DNA of 11,839 nt from Abditibacteriaceae bacterium (GTDB lineage: Bacteria; Armatimonadota; Abditibacteriia; Abditibacteriales; Abditibacteriaceae): NCBI GenBank assembly GCA_031372065.1, contig JANMKN010000156.1, forward strand, positions 1 to 11,839, in the 5' to 3' direction. The notes under the pieces were generated by a model, which ran no database searches, had not been told where the DNA came from, and was given only the letters and a program-made list of their open reading frames with translations. The translations under genes were made by a program, and so were the position numbers. Of this stretch, positions 5,968 through 11,839 are shown piece by piece; position 1 is the stretch's first letter, and each line of letters opens with the position of its first letter.

Positions 5968-8166
5968 TTAACGAATAAACAGCGGCGCCAGAACTAAAGT
6001 GAGCGTCGCCAGCAATTTAATAAGAACGTGCAACGACGGGCCAGCCGTATCTTTGAAAGGGTCGCCTACCGTATCGCCAACAACGGCGGCGGCGTGTGCG
6101 TCGGAGCCTTTTTTCAACGGCTCGCCATCGGCGCCCATAACTTGACCCATTTCGATATATTTTTTGGCGTTGTCCCATGCGCCGCCGCCGTTGTTCATCA
6201 CCAGCGCCACCAAAATGCCCGCTATGGTGCCAACCATCAGCATAGCGGCGGCGGCGGCGGCACCGAAAATCATGCCGACGGCAATAGGCATTCCTAAAGC
6301 CAACAAACCGGGCGCCAGCATTTGGCGCAGGGCCGCGCGTGTCGAAATATCCACCGCTTGCCGGTAATCGGGATCGCTCGTGCCCAGCATAATGCCGGGG
6401 TTTTCACGAAACTGGCGGCGCACTTCGGTGATCATCGTTTCAGCGGCTTCGCCCACAGCGCGAATCGCTAAACTGGCAAAAAGAAAGACCAACATGGCAC
6501 CCATCAAAGCGCCGACGAAAACTTCGACCTGACCCAAATCTACCACGCGCGAGGCCGCCACTTTTGCAGCGATTTCCGCTTCGCCCAAACCTTTGGCGCT
6601 CCATTTGTTTTCGATGATGACGCCGACTTTATCGAGATAAGCCGAGAACAACAAAAAGGCGGCTAAAGCTGCGCTACCAATGGCGTAGCCTTTGGTAAGT
6701 GCCTTGGTAGTGTTGCCCGCTGCGTCCAGCGCATCCGTTCCGGCGCGCACCTCATCCGGCGCGTTCGACATTTCGACGATACCGCCAGCATTATCGGCAA
6801 TTGGCCCGAATGTATCCATCGCTAAAACGTAAGCGGCAGGCATCAACATTCCCATCGTCGCCACTGCGGTGCCGAACAATCCCGCCACTGCCGGTTCAAC
6901 GCCTAAAATCGGGGCCGCTAATTTGCCGAGTCCGAAACTGCTTAATAGGGAAAACGCAATTGCCACAACAGGCGCGGCGGTGGTTTCAAAGCCAACGGCA
7001 ATGCCTGCGATAATATTGGTTGCCGCGCCGGTGCGACTGGCTTCCATGATGCTCTTGACCGGGCGATAAGCGCCTTCGGTGTAATATTGCGTGATCAGCA
7101 AAAACAGCAAGGCATTGAAAAGACCAACCAAGCCGGCCCCGAAAAAGTAAAACCACGCATTGCCCAACATCATATAGGTCGTCAGCAAAAGCAGCACAAC
7201 CGAAACCCCTGCGGTGGTATAAAAACCGCGATTTAAGGCGCGCATGGGGATTTCGTCGCCTTTTAAGCGCGTGACTAAAACTCCAACCAAACTGGCAACA
7301 ATGCCAAAGGAAGCCAAAATCAGCGGAAAAATAATCCAGTTCTGGTTATGCGTGTGCTTGTAAATCGCGACGCCTAAAATCATGGCGCCGATATTTTCGG
7401 CAACGGTAGATTCAAATAAATCGGCGCCGCGTCCGGCGCAGTCGCCGACGTTATCGCCCACCAAATCGGCTATCACCGCCGGATTTCGCGGGTCATCTTC
7501 GGGAATATCCTGCTCGATTTTGCCGACTAAATCGGCGCCTACATCTGCTGCTTTTGTGAAAATACCGCCGCCGAGTTGCGCAAAAAGTGCCACGAAACTG
7601 GCGCCAAAACCCAAACCAATGATTAAAAACGGCGCGCTGCCGCTGTCGCCGCCATGCAGGGCGCGATAAGCCAGAAACAAGCCCCACACGCCCAGCAAAC
7701 TCAGCGCTGCCACTAAGAAACCCGAAACGGCGCCACCACGCAGAGCAACGACTAAGGCTTCGCCCACGCCCTGACGAGCCGCCGCCGCCACGCGCACGTT
7801 GCTTTTGACCGCCGTCCACATGGCGATAATCCCCGACACCGACGACAAAAACGCGCCAATCAAAAACGCCACAGCCGTTTCAATGCCGATTTGCAATGGC
7901 GTTACATCTTTCACTTCGATGGCATCCGAAAAACGCGCGACTAAAAATCCAATTATGAGCGCGGTGGCAAGCGCCAAGGCCGCTATCGTCGAATACTGCC
8001 GCTTCAAAAACGCGATGGCGCCTTCGTAAATTATGTCGCTCACGCGTTGCATTTCCGGCGTTCCGGTGTCGCGCCGCAGCGTGTCGCGCACTAAATAGAT
8101 GGCGAAGACGATGGCAATTACGATGGCTACCGCTGGCAGCCAAATCAAAGCGTTTTCGAGGTTCAT
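5968..8166 (-). CDS. hppA: Membrane-bound proton-translocating pyrophosphatase, predicted K+-independent
   Basis: 732-aa polytopic protein with the motifs GGGIFTKAADVGADLVGKIE, EDDPRNPAVIAD, DNAGG, GNTTKA, GGAWDNAKKYIE and GDTVGDPFKDTAGPS. Confidence 0.97.
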   Translation of the reverse strand: MNLENALIWLPAVAIVIAIVFAIYLVRDTLRRDTGTPEMQRVSDIIYEGAIAFLKRQYSTIAALALATALIIGFLVARFSDAIEVKDVTPLQIGIETAVAFLIGAFLSSVSGIIAMWTAVKSNVRVAAAARQGVGEALVVALRGGAVSGFLVAALSLLGVWGLFLAYRALHGGDSGSAPFLIIGLGFGASFVALFAQLGGGIFTKAADVGADLVGKIEQDIPEDDPRNPAVIADLVGDNVGDCAGRGADLFESTVAENIGAMILGVAIYKHTHNQNWIIFPLILASFGIVASLVGVLVTRLKGDEIPMRALNRGFYTTAGVSVVLLLLTTYMMLGNAWFYFFGAGLVGLFNALLFLLITQYYTEGAYRPVKSIMEASRTGAATNIIAGIAVGFETTAAPVVAIAFSLLSSFGLGKLAAPILGVEPAVAGLFGTAVATMGMLMPAAYVLAMDTFGPIADNAGGIVEMSNAPDEVRAGTDALDAAGNTTKALTKGYAIGSAALAAFLLFSAYLDKVGVIIENKWSAKGLGEAEIAAKVAASRVVDLGQVEVFVGALMGAMLVFLFASLAIRAVGEAAETMITEVRRQFRENPGIMLGTSDPDYRQAVDISTRAALRQMLAPGLLALGMPIAVGMIFGAAAAAAMLMVGTIAGILVALVMNNGGGAWDNAKKYIEMGQVMGADGEPLKKGSDAHAAAVVGDTVGDPFKDTAGPSLHVLIKLLATLTLVLAPLFIR

Positions 8167-8371
8167 AATTTTGAGGTTGTTTAATTATCGCCGATTTTTG
8201 CTGAAAATTGCTACCCTCAATGCGCGCCAACGTGGGACAGGGCACACAAGCTGCGATTTGGAGCGTCCAATGCAACGGATAAAGCGCAATTTCATGGCCG
8301 CAGAGCAATAGTTTGAAATTTGCTTTTGTGTTGTGTGTGCTTTTGTGTTTCATTTAATAGGAAAGGCAATC

Positions 8372-9358
8372 ATGAACTACAAATCCTTGGGGCGCACCGG
8401 TGTGAAAGTTAGCCCGTTGTGCTTGGGCTGTATGAATTTTGGCTGGGGCGCCGAAGAATCCGATTCGATCAGTATTATTTTGCGCGCTCTGGATGCGGGT
8501 CTTAATTTTTTCGATACCGCCGATGTTTATGGCAAAGGCGCCAGTGAAACCATTGTCGGCAAGGCCTTGCAAGGGCGCCGCGATGAAGTTTTTCTCGCCA
8601 GCAAAGTGCATGGGAAAATGGGCGACGGGCCAAACGAGCAGGGCAATTCGCGTTTGCACATCATGCAAGGCTGCGAAGCGAGCTTGAAGCGACTGGGTGT
8701 AGATCACATTGATCTTTATCAAATTCATCGCCCGCAATCGGGCGTGCCGATTGACGAAACCTTGCGCGCCTTGGATGATTTAATCCGGCAAGGCAAAGTG
8801 CGCTACATCGGCACCAGCACGTTTGGTGCGTGGCAACTGGTCGAAAGTTTGTGGACAAGCGAAAAACTGGGACTAAACCGCTTCGTGACCGAGCAGCCGC
8901 CCTATAATTTGTTAGATCGCCGCATTGAGCGCGAACTGTTGCCGATGGCCGAAACTTACGGTTTTGGCGTGATTCCGTGGAGTCCATTAGCGGGTGGAAT
9001 GCTGACCGGCAAATATCGCAAGGGCAAAAAAGGCCCGTCCGGTTCGCGTTATGAAAGCGGCAAGTTTCGCAGCGGCGAAGCAGTTCCTGTCGAGGCGTGG
9101 AAGGTGATCGAAGGAGCGCGCGAAATGGCCAACGAAAAAGAATGTGATATGGATGCTTTTGCGCTCGCATGGTGCGCCGCTCATCCGGCGATTACTTGTC
9201 CGATTATCGGCCCGCGCACGATGGAACAACTCGAAGGAAACTTAAAGGCGTTGGACGTGAAAATCACCGCTGAAGACAAAAAGCGGGTAGATGACTTAAT
9301 CGCGCCCGGCACGCACGTTGCGACCTATTATCAAGCCGATTTCGGCCCGCATCCTTAC

Positions 9359-9364
<6 letters not shown>
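8372..9364 (+). CDS. Aldo/keto reductase (330 aa)
   Basis: The start is reassigned to ATG 8372, which follows AGGAAAGG and gives the typical MNYKSLGRTGVKVSPLCLG N-terminus. Catalytic tetrad motifs FDTADVYG, LASKV and DLYQIH are present, as are GKVRYIG and WSPLAGG. Confidence 0.95.
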
Positions 9365-9477
<113 letters not shown>

Positions 9478-10638
9478 ATGAAGTCCAATCTCGATTCCAT
9501 CATCCTGCGTTACGTTGGTTACGCGCTGTTGTTTTTAGGCAGCGCGTATTTTCTTTATCTGGCACGGGGTGCGCTTCCCGTCTTTTTCGCGGCGGGTCTT
9601 ATTGCCTATGCGTTTGATCCCGTTCTGAAAATCTTGGAAAAGCGCGGCTATTCGCGTGTGGGAGCCGTGGGATTTGTGTTTTTGGTTTTCATGCTGCTGT
9701 TCATGCTGCTGATAATGATGATCATTTCAGGTTTTCAGCAAGTCCAGCAATTTCAAGGCAACGTGAAGCCGTATATTGATTCGGCGGCGCATCTTCAAGA
9801 ACAGGCGCATAGCTTTGTCGAACGCTTGCCCTTGCCTGAAAATATGAGAATGCGCGCTCAAAGTGCGATTGATCACAGTGTCAGCAACGGAACAACCTGG
9901 ATTGAGGGCGCCGCAGTAAAAATAGTTTCCATCGTGCTGTCCTCGTTAGGCGAAATTATGATTAACGTCATCGTTTTGCCCATCATCACGGTGATGCTCA
10001 TGCTGGAAATGGACACGATTCGCCGCCGCGCTTATGTTTTAGTGCCTGTGGATCATCGGGATGATGTTAGCGAAATTGCCACCAGCATCAATGAATTGCT
10101 GGGCCGCTATGTGCGTGGGCAAATGGTAATCTGTGGGCTATTTGGCGCGCTATGCACCACTTCGTTTACCATTTTAGGCATGGCGTTTGGAATGCAGTAT
10201 GGAATCGCTCTGGGGTTAATTGCGGGCATCGTTTACATCATTCCCTACATTGGAATGATGGGAATCGCGATAGCAGCGACCCTGACTGCTTATCTCACAT
10301 CTTCCAATCCGATGCTATGTGCCGGATTAGCGCTGGGTTCCTGTATCGTTTTTAACCTGTTTATTGATTATGGCGTCTCGCCGCGCGTTTTGGGCAAAGG
10401 TGTGGGGCTGCATCCCGTTTTTGTAATCTTCGCGTTGCTGTCGGGCGCGAAAGTGGGTGGCATTTTCGGCATGGTGCTGGCCGTGCCGGTTGTGGCGTCG
10501 TTGCGCGTGGTTTTGATTTATATTTTTCCGCAATTAACGGCGCCCTTGCCTGAAATCGTCGAAACCTCAGAACCGCCAGCGAGTGCGAGTGGAGAAGTCG
10601 CGCCGCCTTTAGTGGAGCCGTCGCCTGAATTTCAGTAA
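9478..10638 (+). CDS. AI-2E family (PerM/UPF0118) transporter
   Basis: The start is reassigned to ATG 9478 because the 16 upstream codons are the translated repeat arm. Motifs include IAYAFDP, RYVRGQ, IPYIG and PRVLGKGVGLHPVFVIFALLSGAKVGGIFGMVLAVP, with multiple TM helices. Confidence 0.93.
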   Translation: MKSNLDSIILRYVGYALLFLGSAYFLYLARGALPVFFAAGLIAYAFDPVLKILEKRGYSRVGAVGFVFLVFMLLFMLLIMMIISGFQQVQQFQGNVKPYIDSAAHLQEQAHSFVERLPLPENMRMRAQSAIDHSVSNGTTWIEGAAVKIVSIVLSSLGEIMINVIVLPIITVMLMLEMDTIRRRAYVLVPVDHRDDVSEIATSINELLGRYVRGQMVICGLFGALCTTSFTILGMAFGMQYGIALGLIAGIVYIIPYIGMMGIAIAATLTAYLTSSNPMLCAGLALGSCIVFNLFIDYGVSPRVLGKGVGLHPVFVIFALLSGAKVGGIFGMVLAVPVVASLRVVLIYIFPQLTAPLPEIVETSEPPASASGEVAPPLVEPSPEFQ

Positions 10639-10683
10639 CCTCGAATCAAGCGACACAAAAATCAAGGGAGAATTAAGAGATTT

Positions 10684-11733
10684 ATGAGCAAGAAAGTGCG
10701 AGTTGGAATTGTCGGCATGGGCATTGGACGCCCGAATGCCGAGGCGATTGATGCAAACGAGCGTGGCGAAGTGGCCGCTTTGTGCGACCTCGACACGGCA
10801 CGCATGGATGATTTTGAAAAGAATCTCGGTCACGAAGTCAAGAAATACACCGACTTCAAAGAAATGTGCCGCGACAGCGAATTGGACGCGATTTTTGTTG
10901 GCACGCCAAACCAGCTTCATGTGCCGATTGGCCTCGAAGCCATCAAAAACAACAAGCACATCATGATTACCAAGCCGCTGGCCGATTCGTTGGGCGCGGC
11001 GCAAAAAATTGTGAAGGCTGCCGAAAGCGCGGGTGTGGTCAACATGATGTCATTGTCCACGCGCTTTGGCCCCGGTTGCCGTTATTTGCACAAGCAAAAA
11101 GACGCGGGCATTTTCGGCGATATTTATTATGCGCGGGCACGCAGCATTCGTCGCAGCGGCATTCCGGCGTGGAATCTCGGTTTTATTCATGCCGGAGGCG
11201 GCGCTTTTCGTGATATGGGCGTTCACGTTCTTGATGCCAGTTGGGCGCTGATGGGTTTCCCCAAACCTGTGGCGGTTACGGGCGTGGCCGGTGCTAAATT
11301 TGGCCCGCGCGGGCAAGGCTACTGGGAATATCGCGACATTCCAAAGTCAACCTATTCGCAATACGCGGCGGACGATTACGGCGGTGGCTTTATCCGCTTT
11401 GAAAACGGCGCTGGCTTGCAAGTCGAGAGCTTTTGGGCCAGCCATCAGGCCGATGATTTTCAAATCGAACTGTTCGGCACCGAAGCGGGCGCCAAACTAA
11501 GTCCTCTCACCATTTATAAAACCGTGGACGGCGCGCCGCAAGACACGACGGTGAAATTACAAAAGCGTGTCAACAACGAAGATTGGCAAAACATCGCCGA
11601 TCATTTTATTAACTGTATTCTCGACAAGAAACCGTGCGAAGCGCCATTGCGCCACGGAATGCAAGTGCAGGAAATGATGGAAGCGCTCCTCAAAAGCGGC
11701 GAAACAGGCCGCGAAGTGCGACTCAGTAAATAA
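10684..11733 (+). CDS. Gfo/Idh/MocA family NAD(P)-dependent oxidoreductase
   Basis: 349 aa with a VRVGIVGMG Rossmann start, DAIFVGTPNQLH, ITKPLA (EKP-equivalent) and GGGAFRDMGVH. Confidence 0.95.
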   Translation: MSKKVRVGIVGMGIGRPNAEAIDANERGEVAALCDLDTARMDDFEKNLGHEVKKYTDFKEMCRDSELDAIFVGTPNQLHVPIGLEAIKNNKHIMITKPLADSLGAAQKIVKAAESAGVVNMMSLSTRFGPGCRYLHKQKDAGIFGDIYYARARSIRRSGIPAWNLGFIHAGGGAFRDMGVHVLDASWALMGFPKPVAVTGVAGAKFGPRGQGYWEYRDIPKSTYSQYAADDYGGGFIRFENGAGLQVESFWASHQADDFQIELFGTEAGAKLSPLTIYKTVDGAPQDTTVKLQKRVNNEDWQNIADHFINCILDKKPCEAPLRHGMQVQEMMEALLKSGETGREVRLSK

Positions 11734-11750
11734 CCCAAGCTGCTACCTAT

Positions 11751-11839
11751 AACCCACCCGTAAACGAGTGGGCTGAAAGGAATCAAAAGCCTCGTGAACG
11801 AGGCTGGACTTGCCATCTTTAGCCTCGTTTTCGAGGCTT
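11751..11839. repeat. Cluster of REP-like short palindromes, probably truncated by the window end
   Basis: CCCACCCGT-AA-ACGAGTGGG (11753-11772, one mismatch), AGCCTCGT-GA-ACGAGGCT (11788-11805) and AGCCTCG-TTTT-CGAGGCT (11821-11838). Confidence 0.75.

Noticed and set aside
8167..8371. Riboswitch (Na+, Li+ or fluoride class) or 157-aa ORF 7880-8353 upstream of hppA
   Set aside because: I could not recognise any riboswitch consensus or expression-platform terminator by eye; an Rfam scan would settle it. The ORF overlaps hppA out of frame and looks non-coding.
8333..8371. GTG start at 8333 for the aldo/keto reductase
   Set aside because: ATG 8372 has an SD-like sequence and gives the canonical family N-terminus.

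Overview
Bacterial chromosomal window of moderate GC, mostly housekeeping and stress genes, with no CRISPR array, rRNA, tRNA or transposase. On the + strand there is a GldA/GldF/GldG-like ABC-2 transporter module (only the ATPase 3' end is present), a DUF4340 protein and a TIM-barrel sugar-phosphate isomerase/epimerase. These are followed by a YtxH-like helical protein and a 51-aa lmo0937-family membrane protein that the ORF track missed. A K+-independent, AVP2-like membrane pyrophosphatase (hppA) lies on the - strand, and an aldo/keto reductase, an AI-2E family transporter and a Gfo/Idh/MocA oxidoreductase follow on the + strand. The most unusual signal is non-coding: three intergenic spacers, and possibly a vestigial fourth, are filled by period-7 tandem repeats arranged as inverted arms. 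Each uses a different heptamer, starts on the upstream stop codon and ends on the downstream ATG with no Shine-Dalgarno motif. The window ends inside a nested REP-like palindrome cluster.
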